From assembly GCA_964371255.1 (NCBI GenBank), contig CAYJKV010000002.1, positions 66,553-130,552 on the forward strand: DNA of 64,000 bases, written 5' to 3'. Origin of the DNA: an uncultured Candidatus Saccharibacteria bacterium (GTDB taxonomy: Bacteria > Patescibacteriota > Andersenbacteria > UBA10190). Positions 38,514-48,382 of this stretch are shown here, in pieces (the stretch's first letter is position 1; each line of letters starts with the position of its first letter). A model generated the notes under the pieces. The model was not told where the DNA came from. It worked only from the letters and a program-made list of their open reading frames with translations, and did not search any database. The translations under genes were made by a program, and so were the position numbers.

Positions 38514-40248
38514 AGCTCTCTAACTCCCATTTAACAATCTCCTCCTGCCTGATTAACAAATATTGCGCTGCTTGTAAAGCCTTTACCTGTGCTGCACGGT
38601 TTCCTTGATAAGCTTGTTTGACGTTTTCCAGCATATTATCCTCCGGTGCTAGCCAATAGTCTGCCCGGAGCATTGCTCGTCCCGTAAACATTGGTACCAT
38701 CCACGGTGCTTCGCTGGCGGCCAAAATAACATCGGTCGCCTTCGTATTTTGACGGATATATTCCAAAGCCTCCTGAGCGGGTAGGTCTATTCGTTGCTCG
38801 TCCTGCCGCATTAAATGATCATGCGCCCTGGCTCCACTGATAAGCGCCGGCAGCAAAAATATTGTGATTATCCCAACGCTTGCCCCAACTTGCGCCAGCC
38901 TGGTTATCGGCGGGGCAGACACATACCACAATCTGCGCCACTTATAAAATAAATTGATGGCACTCGGCAACAATGATGGGTAACCAACCATTAACGCGTG
39001 ATAGATAAACCTTTCACCGTTGGCGACAACAATATCCCTTTGCGATGTCAGGAACATTAAAGTTGCCATGCCCATTAAAGTTGCCATAGTCAATTCCGCG
39101 CCGCTACTCGTTCCTCTTTGGTTTAAAATTATCAACGCCAAAATAATCACGACGGGCGCTAAACGCATCAACGACTCGGCAGCGGTGTATGAAAAATGCG
39201 GCCAACCGAGGCCAGCGTCCCCGGCGGAAAAATTAGCAAACAAGACAAACCAGACAATTATTCCCGCCAGCCACAGCCCTCGCCTTCCTCTGGTTTGTTT
39301 GGCCGTTAATGATTTTTGTAAGTAGTAGACGATTGTGACTGCCACCGCCGCCGCCCCGGTGACTGCGTTGGTCAGCATCAACAGCAGCACCAACACGCCT
39401 GCCGTAACATACAGCCGCACCCGTTGCGGGCCTTCCTCCCTCTCCGCCTCAACTAATAATGTCAGGACAAGCAGCCACAGGCCCATAATAAAGAAATGGG
39501 TCTGTGGGTAGATATAACTATCCCAGGATACTGCCAGCGCATAACCAATAATTGCGGCTTGAATGATCAGGACACCAACCCGCGATCGTATTCCGAGCCA
39601 CCACACTTCCTTTTTTTCTGGTTCCGGCCACCAGGTATCCATTAACAGGAAAAACATTGGTATGGTTATGATAATTTGCAGATACGTTAAGGTCGGCAGA
39701 AAATGCATCCAGTCCATACCCCAGCCAAAAGCTTTTATCAGTGTGGCTAAGCCGGCGTGCCACAACGATGGATACTCCAAGTATTCATTCGCGGCAAATG
39801 GGTTACCGCTTACCAGACCTTCCTCTAATAGAGACCTTTGCACTAAGGTCACCATTGTCATCGTGTCCCCATTATAAAATCCATGCGTTACCCAGGCGCT
39901 ATTCTGGAAACCATTTCTGCTTTGCACTAACCAACTGGCCAGCAGCACGCCTGCTAATACGAACACTACCGCCGCATCCCTTCGCCCGCTGCCTGCCTTG
40001 TGGTAAGGCCATGACCACTGTTTGAATATTAACAGCCAAGGTACTAAACAAACTAAAGCGCCGGCTAAGAAGAACGTCTCCAGATTTATGGCCTGTCCGA
40101 TGGTTCTTTTAATGAGAACTAATACCAGCCATTGGGCTTCCCAGAACGTCCCGGCACAAGCCAGTAGGGTCAATGTTCGCTGATGTTTAAATAATATTCC
40201 CGCTGCTAGCACGGAAGATATCGCTAATATTACTATCGTCACCATCAT
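38443..40248 (-). CDS. Polytopic membrane protein, probable GT-C-fold glycosyltransferase
   Basis: Many TMs; loop GFYNGD..NPFAANEYLEYP; soluble C-terminal ALEYIRQNT..DVIL. Start 40248 (track: 40290). Confidence 0.6.
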   Translation of the reverse strand: MMVTIVILAISSVLAAGILFKHQRTLTLLACAGTFWEAQWLVLVLIKRTIGQAINLETFFLAGALVCLVPWLLIFKQWSWPYHKAGSGRRDAAVVFVLAGVLLASWLVQSRNGFQNSAWVTHGFYNGDTMTMVTLVQRSLLEEGLVSGNPFAANEYLEYPSLWHAGLATLIKAFGWGMDWMHFLPTLTYLQIIITIPMFFLLMDTWWPEPEKKEVWWLGIRSRVGVLIIQAAIIGYALAVSWDSYIYPQTHFFIMGLWLLVLTLLVEAEREEGPQRVRLYVTAGVLVLLLMLTNAVTGAAAVAVTIVYYLQKSLTAKQTRGRRGLWLAGIIVWFVLFANFSAGDAGLGWPHFSYTAAESLMRLAPVVIILALIILNQRGTSSGAELTMATLMGMATLMFLTSQRDIVVANGERFIYHALMVGYPSLLPSAINLFYKWRRLWYVSAPPITRLAQVGASVGIITIFLLPALISGARAHDHLMRQDEQRIDLPAQEALEYIRQNTKATDVILAASEAPWMVPMFTGRAMLRADYWLAPEDNMLENVKQAYQGNRAAQVKALQAAQYLLIRQEEIVKWELESYEKVFHNGDLAIYKTSGSGAKTN

Positions 40249-40345
40249 ATTTTCATCATCTATCATCTGCACCCAAATATCCAGTTTCACCTGCTGGTTA
40301 TTTGTTACTTGCTTAAAAATCCCTTAAATTTATATTCATATATCT

Positions 40346-41074
40346 ATGCTTCCCCGGCCATCCCTCACGCTTAGCTTAATTATACCCGCCTACAACGAGG
40401 CTGTTCGCCTGCCTGTCTTTTTATCCAGTATCGTTAATTTCCATCAAGCTCACCCCGGCTATATCACAGAAATAATTTTGGTCGATGACGGGAGTACGGA
40501 TGCGACGGTGGCTGTGGCTCAGCAGTCTTCTTCCCGACTCCCTCTGAAAATTATTGTTTTACCGGTAAATCAAGGTAAGGGAGCCGCCGTTGCGGCCGGT
40601 ATTAAGCAGGCCCGTGGCGATGTCATAGTTTTTATGGACGCCGACGGCGCTACCGACATTTCTGAATTACCGAAAATGATAGCCGCTTTACAAAATTCTG
40701 ATATTGCTATTGGTAACCGTTGGCTTCCCGGCTCGAACACGCAGCGACATTCGCTCCTTCGCCGCTTTTCCGGCTGGACTTACCGGCGCTATATGGGACT
40801 GTTTAATATGAGTCAGATTGATACCATGTGCGGTTTCAAAGGATATCGCCGGAAGGTAGCGGCCAGCCTGTTCGCCAATCTACTGGAGCCTCGCTGGCTA
40901 TTCGATACGGAAATTGCTTACAAGGCCACCCTCGCCGGTTACACTATTACCAATTTCCCCATTCACTGGGAATCTAAAGATGGCAGTAAGCTTGGTACCT
41001 TAACACTCCTTAAATCCGCCTTAGGAATTTATCCCCTGATTTCTAGGATAAATAAAGACCACCAGGAAACTTGA
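40346..41074 (+). CDS. Dolichyl/polyprenyl-phosphate glucosyltransferase-like GT2 (ALG5-like)
   Basis: IIPAYNEA.RL, VDDGSTD, NQGKG, FMDADGAT, DTMCGFK, WLFDTE, W..KDGSKL. Confidence 0.9.
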   Translation: MLPRPSLTLSLIIPAYNEAVRLPVFLSSIVNFHQAHPGYITEIILVDDGSTDATVAVAQQSSSRLPLKIIVLPVNQGKGAAVAAGIKQARGDVIVFMDADGATDISELPKMIAALQNSDIAIGNRWLPGSNTQRHSLLRRFSGWTYRRYMGLFNMSQIDTMCGFKGYRRKVAASLFANLLEPRWLFDTEIAYKATLAGYTITNFPIHWESKDGSKLGTLTLLKSALGIYPLISRINKDHQET

Positions 41075-41383
41075 TGTGGTTGAATCTGACATACTATTCT
41101 GCTCTTCCTCAAGCAGCGTCAATTGCCCTGTTGGTCTGACATTTTATCTTCATCAAAATATTTTCGTCATTTTGTTTACTAGATTTTGATGCTCAATCAA
41201 TCCCGTGGTCTTTCTAACCGTCGTCCTTCGGCCACGAGACCTAGTGGCTGATCGGACGGAAGTGAATTTAGTATCGGTCGCTATCTACCTCCCGACTTGC
41301 ATACAGCCAAGATTTGCGCTATATGTCATACTTCTAATTAACTATTCCCTCTTTTCTCTCTTTCCATTTTTTGTAAACAAATT

Positions 41384-42514
41384 ATGAAAATTGCGTTTGT
41401 CACAACCCAGTCAGCTAATGGCTCAACCCTGATCGGGCGTACGTTGCCGGTTGCTAAATACATCGCGTCTAAGCATGAGGTTCATCTGTTGGCTTTTGCC
41501 CCCCTGCCGGCCGTAGCCGGCCTGACCTGTCATGCGACTGGTCGTGATCCTTTTACGCGTACTCGACATGGCAAGAAACGTTTACGGTCCTGGCCTTTGC
41601 TGTTCAACATGCTTTCCTCTGCCTTGTCTATCGCCTGGCACCTCGGTCGCATTAATCCTGACCGGGTGGTGATTGTTAAAACCTTGCCCCACAACGTTCT
41701 CGGTGTTCGTTTATGGCACCTCGCTCACCCGCGTCGTCGGGTAATCATTGACGTTGACGATTTTGAGCTAACAGCCAACCGCCTAACATCTTTCTGGCAG
41801 CGCGCCTCCATCCATTGGGCACAGCGCTGTGCAGCTCATCTGTCCAGCCACGTTATCACCGCCACGCCATTCCTCTCTGATTATTTTTCCAATCTTCGGC
41901 CTGCTGCCGCCGTCACGCTTATCCCGACCGGTCTTGATCCAATAGCCCCGCCGGTCTATTCCGCGCAGCCGCACCTTGCCTACTTCGGCAGTCTTTCCAT
42001 CTCCTCCGGCCATCGCGTCGATTTTCTAGCAGAGATTTTATCAGCCACCCTTAAATCATTTCCTCATGCTAAACTAATCATCGCTGGGACTGGCGATGAT
42101 GAACATGCCCTAAAAGAATCATTTGTCAGCCTTGGTATCGCCCAGTCTGTTATCTGGCACGGTCGTTTTTCTCAAACCGATATCCCTATGCTGATAAAAA
42201 ATACAGCAATCATAGTCGATCCTATTGATTCCTCAGTGGCTAATCGCGCGAAGAGCAGCTTTCGCGTCCTGCTGGCGGCTAGCGTCGGCTTACCGGTTGT
42301 TACCAGCGACGTCGGCCTCCGGCCAATGCTCCTTCCTTCCTCTTTGCACCACCGTTTTTTTGCCGACCCCACCCCAGCGTCTATGACAAGCCAAATTGTC
42401 AATTTATTGACCAATCCTTTATCCCCGGCCGATCGACAGCTACTAGTCTCACACACCGCCCCCTATTATTGGTCGCGGCTCGCTCACGACTATCAGTGTA
42501 TTCTTGAGTCATGA
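41384..42514 (+). CDS. GT4-like glycosyltransferase (divergent)
   Basis: IIDVDD, YFGSL, IAGTG, AKSSFRVLLAASVGLPVVTSDVG. Confidence 0.8.
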   Translation: MKIAFVTTQSANGSTLIGRTLPVAKYIASKHEVHLLAFAPLPAVAGLTCHATGRDPFTRTRHGKKRLRSWPLLFNMLSSALSIAWHLGRINPDRVVIVKTLPHNVLGVRLWHLAHPRRRVIIDVDDFELTANRLTSFWQRASIHWAQRCAAHLSSHVITATPFLSDYFSNLRPAAAVTLIPTGLDPIAPPVYSAQPHLAYFGSLSISSGHRVDFLAEILSATLKSFPHAKLIIAGTGDDEHALKESFVSLGIAQSVIWHGRFSQTDIPMLIKNTAIIVDPIDSSVANRAKSSFRVLLAASVGLPVVTSDVGLRPMLLPSSLHHRFFADPTPASMTSQIVNLLTNPLSPADRQLLVSHTAPYYWSRLAHDYQCILES

Positions 42515-44835
42515 CTTGGATTGCTCCAGCTCTGCCACCCTTGGCGTCATTAGCCGTTACCTTCTTGCCCGGCCTCTTCATCATTCGCGGCACTGGGCGC
42601 ATCTCCACCTTTCTGCCCCAATTAGCTCGAGCAATTTTATGGAGCCTGACCATCAATGCTCTGCTGGCGCTGCTGTTATCGGCCGTGCACTTACCGCCGG
42701 CCTTGGTCTTCCTGGTCGGACCAATTACCGCCTGCCTGGTTTTTTCTCGCCACTGGTCTCGTATTAAGGCCCGTCATGTCCCTATCATTCTTTCTTCGCT
42801 CTTAATGTTTTTGCTAACTTTTTTAGTCTTCAGTCTTCCCTTCCTCACTATACAAAATGGTCTGCCGACAGGTGACTCGCAAAAATCTATCTATTGGGCT
42901 AAGTACATTCTCGACCAGCAATCGTTGCCGGATTATTCCCTCTCTTTTGCTCAGCTCAATCGTGATCCGGTAGATTTTTATACCCCGGCTTTACATGCTG
43001 TAACCGCCGCTGTGATGCAGGTTTCTTCCCCCGGCTCCCACCCCTGGCTTGACTATACCGCCGTTGGTTTTTTAGCCATTGCTTTATCACTCGCGACAGC
43101 AGTGATCGCCCTCTCTCTCGTGCCATTAATAATGAAACCTTCCGGCCTGTCTCTCGTTTTGGTCATTACCCCCCTCATGTTATTGACCCATTTCAGGTTT
43201 CTACGGTATTTGCGCGAGCCAGGTTATCATCTGCAAAATATCGCTGGTGAGTTATTGCTCTTCGGCGGTTTGCTCTTACTGCTATCGCTGCTGCACCAAC
43301 CTAAAAAATCAGACGTGGTATTGCTCCTGTTGGTGTCCGTGACTCTTGGCTTAACGCACCAATTCTCAGCGTTTCTATCCGCCTTTGTCTGGCTTCCCGC
43401 TGTTATTGTCCTTCTGACGACTTACTGGACGAAACTAAAATCGTCCGGCCATTTGCCCCGTCTAATTCCGCTGGCCGCTCTAGTCTTAGTTGGCTTGTTG
43501 TCGCTGTTAGTTGCTCTCGATCTGGTTCAAAAAATTCCTCACCTCTTCAATACTAAACCGCACTTGTTGATTTTAACGCCCACTCCCACTGATTATCTGG
43601 ATCTTTTGGGTGCCGTATGGTTAATGTTGGCTCTGGTCGGTTTATATTTTATTTATTATTCAAGTCATTACCTCACAGCGAAGATCTTTGTTTATTCCAC
43701 CTTACTTTTATTAGGCATGTCCCAAGCCCCGCGCTTTTATATTGATATCCCGCCGGTCCGCGCTCTCCTCTATGCCGTTGTTCCTTTAAGCATTGCTGGT
43801 GCGGTTGGCTTGAGCGATCTTTTGCTTCGTCTGATTCGCCGACATTCCCCGGCGGCGCTCGGGACTGCGCTCTTGCTCATCTTAGTCGTAACAGCGTCCA
43901 TGTTTGCGTCAGTTTCCCAGGCTTTTCAATTATCCCATAATGTTCGTACCAACTCGACGATGCTACCCGAGCATTGGCCTTTATTAACTTTTTTACAAGC
44001 ACAAACTGACCAGGCCTCCGTGTTATATGATGATTATAACCGTCGTTCGTCATCGTGGCTGATTATGTCCGGCCATCCGGTCTTCGCCCGCCTGTCCTCT
44101 GATTTGAAAGTCCAAATGCAGGAAGCAAAGCAATCTACCACTCGTCAGGCATTATATTTAAAACAGCTCGACTTCGAAAAGATCTATCTGCTCGGCAGCC
44201 AGCCGGCTATCTCCACCTTGCTTGACAAATATAATATCAAGTGGTTAGTCGGGGTGGTTAATAGTTCGAGCGAGTCTTTCACGGTTAATCCGGCTTTTCA
44301 GGTCATCCAAACCGGCAGCGACCTGACCTTGTTTTCTCCGCGGTCTAATTCTTCGCCGCTGCGTGCATCCGACACTGATTATACCAAATGGCTTTTCCGC
44401 CCTACCACGCTCGCCAACGATCTGGGCGACCCGGAAGATACCTTTTTGCATTTACCCGCTAGCCTCCGGGCTACCCGCTTGTCTGCGCCTCAAGTCAGCG
44501 GGCCAATAACGTTTCGTACATCAACTGCCCCGCTGATACCTCTCTATTTCAATATCAATGACTATGTGTCGATTCTGTGGGATCAAGACGGAAACAATTT
44601 CCCCGACAACCTAGTGCAGCTTTCTGTGAGGACCGTTGAAGCCGACGGCCAACTTAGCATTACCTTTGGCGATGGCTTAACTATAGCGCTATCGGCTGAT
44701 GGCACGCCCGCCAATATCCCGGCCCGCGCGATTGATTTATCGGCGGCCCCCTATCTGATCTTTACGATTAATAATCCCTCCCAGCAGCCTGTTAACCTTG
44801 ACCTTATTGCCCTCGGTTTGTCTCGCACGCCTTAA
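42511..44835 (+). CDS. Large polytopic membrane protein, probable GT-C-fold glycosyltransferase
   Basis: Many TMs; loop LPTGDSQKS..DFYTPALH; large extracytoplasmic C-terminal domain. Confidence 0.6.
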   Translation: MTWIAPALPPLASLAVTFLPGLFIIRGTGRISTFLPQLARAILWSLTINALLALLLSAVHLPPALVFLVGPITACLVFSRHWSRIKARHVPIILSSLLMFLLTFLVFSLPFLTIQNGLPTGDSQKSIYWAKYILDQQSLPDYSLSFAQLNRDPVDFYTPALHAVTAAVMQVSSPGSHPWLDYTAVGFLAIALSLATAVIALSLVPLIMKPSGLSLVLVITPLMLLTHFRFLRYLREPGYHLQNIAGELLLFGGLLLLLSLLHQPKKSDVVLLLLVSVTLGLTHQFSAFLSAFVWLPAVIVLLTTYWTKLKSSGHLPRLIPLAALVLVGLLSLLVALDLVQKIPHLFNTKPHLLILTPTPTDYLDLLGAVWLMLALVGLYFIYYSSHYLTAKIFVYSTLLLLGMSQAPRFYIDIPPVRALLYAVVPLSIAGAVGLSDLLLRLIRRHSPAALGTALLLILVVTASMFASVSQAFQLSHNVRTNSTMLPEHWPLLTFLQAQTDQASVLYDDYNRRSSSWLIMSGHPVFARLSSDLKVQMQEAKQSTTRQALYLKQLDFEKIYLLGSQPAISTLLDKYNIKWLVGVVNSSSESFTVNPAFQVIQTGSDLTLFSPRSNSSPLRASDTDYTKWLFRPTTLANDLGDPEDTFLHLPASLRATRLSAPQVSGPITFRTSTAPLIPLYFNINDYVSILWDQDGNNFPDNLVQLSVRTVEADGQLSITFGDGLTIALSADGTPANIPARAIDLSAAPYLIFTINNPSQQPVNLDLIALGLSRTP

Positions 44836-44883
44836 TGTGATAAAGATGCTACTAGTCATAACCCATCCTAATTTGTTTGCACT

Positions 44884-46332
44884 ATGAGTCAGTCACGTTT
44901 TAGTGGGGCCGTTTCGCTGATGATTGCTCAAGCGGTTGTCCTATTACTTGGTTGGATCACTCATCCGATCATTGGTCGCATCCTCGGGCCTGGTCCGTAC
45001 GGCATTTATGGGGTTGTCTTATCTATTCAAACCATCCTCGGCCTATTTCTGGCCCTGGGTGTGCCAATGGCCATCTCTCGTTTCGTCGCCCAAGATCCGT
45101 CTCACTCCCGTAGCATATTAATGCAGGCCTTACGCATTCAGTTAATAATTGCTGTCGGTTTGTCAGTCCTCACTTTCTTATTCAGTCCCATGATTGCCCG
45201 ATCCCTAAATGACCCTGCTCTCGATTCCTATTTACGATTTGTCTCGTTGGTGCTGCTTCTTCAGGCCGGTTATCCGATATTTGTGCAGTTTCTCAGCGGT
45301 CTGCACTTATTCAACCGTCAAGCCTGGCTTAATATTTTTTATGCGGTCGTTAAGTTAACGGGTGCCTTGTCGCTGATTTTTGTCTGGCATGTTTACGGCG
45401 CTTTTGCCGGATTTGCGATCGGCGGCATATCAGCGGCGCTCTTGGGCTGGTATTGGACTCGCCATCTGGGTTCCGGCGACCAACTTAAGCTGCCATTAAA
45501 GAATTTTCTCTCTTTCGCCGGCATCTATGTGTTGATTTCTGTTGGGTTGCAACTATTAATCAGTCTTGACCTGTTCATGGTCAAAGCCATCCTTCAAGAC
45601 AATGTCGTCGCCGGTTATTATAACGCCGCCGTCACCTTATCACGCATTTCCTTTATGCTGCTCCAAAGTCTAACTTTCGTTCTCTTGCCTAGTGTGTCCG
45701 CCTTAACTCGGCCGGGTGCCGACCATAAGCAAGCAGCGATTTTTATCAGCGATAGCTTACGTTATCTGATTATGCTGATCATCCCGGCGACTGCCTTAGC
45801 CGCCGCTACCAGTCGCTCTTTGTTGCGACTTTTTTACTCGGCCCAATACGATCCGGCCGCCACACCTTTATCCATTTTAATGATCGGTTTAGCCGCCATT
45901 GCCTTCTTTCTTTTGCTGGCCAATATCGTCTCCGGTGCCGGCCGAGCCAAAGTCGCTTTGTTTGGCACTGTTATTATTTTAGTCATCAGCCCCTTGCTTG
46001 GTTTATATCTAATCCCAAACTTTGGTTTGATCGGAGCGGCCTGGCAAACCACTATCGCTGGTCTGGTCGGCTTAGTTGGTTTGGCGGTATATACCTTCTA
46101 CACTTTTCACCTGCCCGTACCTTACCCCAGCCTGCTTAATATTATAATTGGCAGCGCCATCGCTGTTCTCCCCACTTATTTCTGGCACGTTTTGCCCCTC
46201 TTCTTGCCGTTGCAGTATCTTGTGTTGCTGTCTGTTTATATTTTGGCGCTATTTGTCCTGCGGGAAATCAGACCCGGCGACCGGCAATTAATAGCCAACC
46301 TCCATCCGCTGCTCAAATGGATCGCTCGCTGA
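44884..46332 (+). CDS. MOP-superfamily oligosaccharide flippase (Wzx-like)
   Basis: RILGPGPYGIY, LGVPMAISRFVA, LDLFMVK, GYYNAA, LIPNFGLIGAA. Confidence 0.9.
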   Translation: MSQSRFSGAVSLMIAQAVVLLLGWITHPIIGRILGPGPYGIYGVVLSIQTILGLFLALGVPMAISRFVAQDPSHSRSILMQALRIQLIIAVGLSVLTFLFSPMIARSLNDPALDSYLRFVSLVLLLQAGYPIFVQFLSGLHLFNRQAWLNIFYAVVKLTGALSLIFVWHVYGAFAGFAIGGISAALLGWYWTRHLGSGDQLKLPLKNFLSFAGIYVLISVGLQLLISLDLFMVKAILQDNVVAGYYNAAVTLSRISFMLLQSLTFVLLPSVSALTRPGADHKQAAIFISDSLRYLIMLIIPATALAAATSRSLLRLFYSAQYDPAATPLSILMIGLAAIAFFLLLANIVSGAGRAKVALFGTVIILVISPLLGLYLIPNFGLIGAAWQTTIAGLVGLVGLAVYTFYTFHLPVPYPSLLNIIIGSAIAVLPTYFWHVLPLFLPLQYLVLLSVYILALFVLREIRPGDRQLIANLHPLLKWIAR

Positions 46333-46916
46333 TGAAACGTTTTTTTACAATTTCCTTAATCGGCCTGGTTCTGATTATTCTCTTCTTGGCAGCAAATTTC
46401 TTCCGTTCGTCTTCAGTCGCCGCTGGTTCTTTAGAAAATATTGATGGCATACCTTTTCCATTAGACGCCAATCGTCCCTTAGTCACGGAAAAGTTAGCCC
46501 ATGCTGATCTTTACCTTAATCATTCGCGTTTTGCCAGACGTCTGGAGCTGTCCATCACTTTCACCCCCCTGGGCCTTACTGGGTTGGCCGTGGGCATTAG
46601 AGATAATTCTTTTTGGCTCAGCTATAATAAAATAAATTTGTGCTGCTCAGAGGCTGAATTAGCGCAGCCAAATATTCCCTTAACTAAACTGATCACCATC
46701 CCAGTCACAGACAAATTGGCCGACCAGGATGGCTCGCTGGACCTTATGTTTTTTGCCACCTACCCCAACAGTCAATTAACCGAAGATGAGGGAGTATACG
46801 ATCGCACGCAATGGTTATTAAACAATTTAACAATAATTAATCGACCCGCTTGGCCTGACCTATCTTCCCTCCGGGACTTTATCAAATCCTCACTGCTCCG
46901 CGAACGTGCCTTATGA
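46332..46916 (+). CDS. Hypothetical exported/membrane-anchored protein
   Basis: N-terminal hydrophobic signal; TGATG coupling to the flippase stop. Confidence 0.65.
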   Translation: MKRFFTISLIGLVLIILFLAANFFRSSSVAAGSLENIDGIPFPLDANRPLVTEKLAHADLYLNHSRFARRLELSITFTPLGLTGLAVGIRDNSFWLSYNKINLCCSEAELAQPNIPLTKLITIPVTDKLADQDGSLDLMFFATYPNSQLTEDEGVYDRTQWLLNNLTIINRPAWPDLSSLRDFIKSSLLRERAL

Positions 46917-48382
46917 AAAAATCCTTCCGTCTAATATTAATTATGCTCTTTCTTCTCTCTTCCATCGGCCTTTTTTCTATCAACACCGAGCGAGAATTTG
47001 TCAGCTATACGCCGCAAGAGGGGGAATCAGGCGTTGTGCTTGGTTCGGATGCCGCTTACCGGCAGACTTTTGTTACCGAGCGTCATTCCATTAGCCGTCT
47101 GACGTTGTTCCTACGTCCGCTGATCAGTGAGCTGCCGCCGGCCTCTTTCACCGTCAATTTATCTACTGGAGACACTGTAAGAAAAAGCACGACTGTACCC
47201 GCCTCCCTTGTTGACCGGGATGGCGCTACGCAAATCAAGTTCCCCTCTCCCCTGCCCACCACTCCCGGTGACACCATCACTCTGACTATCGATATACCTG
47301 CCTCATTACACAATTTGCTCCGCGCTCAGGTTGTCAGTGCGGCGGATAATCCTGACATATCTGACATTTCTTTTTTCGTCAATGATGCCCAACAGCCGCT
47401 ACCCCTTGCCTTCCAATTATTTTATGATTATCGACCTCCGCTGTCTTATCAATTGGCTATTTATCTGATCTTTATTTGTATTTGGCTGGCCTCTCAGCGC
47501 TCTCTCCTCCATCCCGCGATCATCACCTCATATGTCATTGCGAGTGTTCTTGCCTTCTTAAGCCCGATGATCCTGTTAACCTCGATCAACTGGTTTCTGG
47601 CCATTGCCTTTGTCCTGGCCGTGGGCGGCATGATATTATTGCTTCGGACTTACGGCCTGACTCCGCCTAGCATCTTTCTGGGGGCTAACGCCTTTGGCTT
47701 TTCCACTTATTTTGCTCTCCATGCCCAGTCCGGGCGTGATCTATTACTACTATTTTCGCTATTGCCCTGGCTGTTTTTACTGTCGCGCCCTTCCATAAAA
47801 TCGCCGCTCCGATTCATGAGCTTGGCCGTTCTGTTGTGTGGCTTGCTGATTTTTCTGCTGCTGGCCCACTACCGCGCACCAAGCGTCACTCCCCTCCTGG
47901 TGGCTAATCTTAAGGATATTTTACTAGATCCCAACCAAATCCCAACCGCAGACAAGTTTCAAGCGGCCTACTATGCTCTGCAAATACCTCGTGGCGATCC
48001 GGCCACTATTCTCGCTGCGGGTGGTTGGGATAACTTCGGTAGTTATTTGGGGTATCTAAATCTTCCCTTCGCTCTTGTTGGTTTATTATTTTATTCTAAG
48101 CAGTCTCGCGGCATCGCTCTGCTTGGGGCATTAGGATTCCTCGTCGCTGCCTTCTCGCCCCTGACTACGCTGTTAGTACCTTCGCTGTGGTTTCCGCCGC
48201 AATATTTGATCATTCTTCTGTCTTTCGCTCTGGCGTTTTTCAGCGCCTTCGGCTTGGAAAAACTGCGTCTTTTCCTTGGTTTACACCCGGTCACCACGTT
48301 CATCGTATCTTCCCTGGCCGTAATTGCCCTGTTCGATTTGCTCAACGTTACTAGCAAAACATTGCAGTTTGGCTTGCTATGA
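46913..48382 (+). CDS. Membrane protein with N-terminal extracytoplasmic domain and YfhO-like TM region
   Basis: Signal, soluble beta-rich domain, then many TMs; WDNFGSYLGYL resembles EYGLYFGTF in the YfhO-like protein at 53037. Confidence 0.55.
   Translation: MKKSFRLILIMLFLLSSIGLFSINTEREFVSYTPQEGESGVVLGSDAAYRQTFVTERHSISRLTLFLRPLISELPPASFTVNLSTGDTVRKSTTVPASLVDRDGATQIKFPSPLPTTPGDTITLTIDIPASLHNLLRAQVVSAADNPDISDISFFVNDAQQPLPLAFQLFYDYRPPLSYQLAIYLIFICIWLASQRSLLHPAIITSYVIASVLAFLSPMILLTSINWFLAIAFVLAVGGMILLLRTYGLTPPSIFLGANAFGFSTYFALHAQSGRDLLLLFSLLPWLFLLSRPSIKSPLRFMSLAVLLCGLLIFLLLAHYRAPSVTPLLVANLKDILLDPNQIPTADKFQAAYYALQIPRGDPATILAAGGWDNFGSYLGYLNLPFALVGLLFYSKQSRGIALLGALGFLVAAFSPLTTLLVPSLWFPPQYLIILLSFALAFFSAFGLEKLRLFLGLHPVTTFIVSSLAVIALFDLLNVTSKTLQFGLL

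Noticed and set aside
41205-41275. Integron attC site (CTAAC ... hairpin ... TTTAG)
   Set aside because: No matching RYYYAAC/GTTRRRY pair, single copy, no integrase or cassette array
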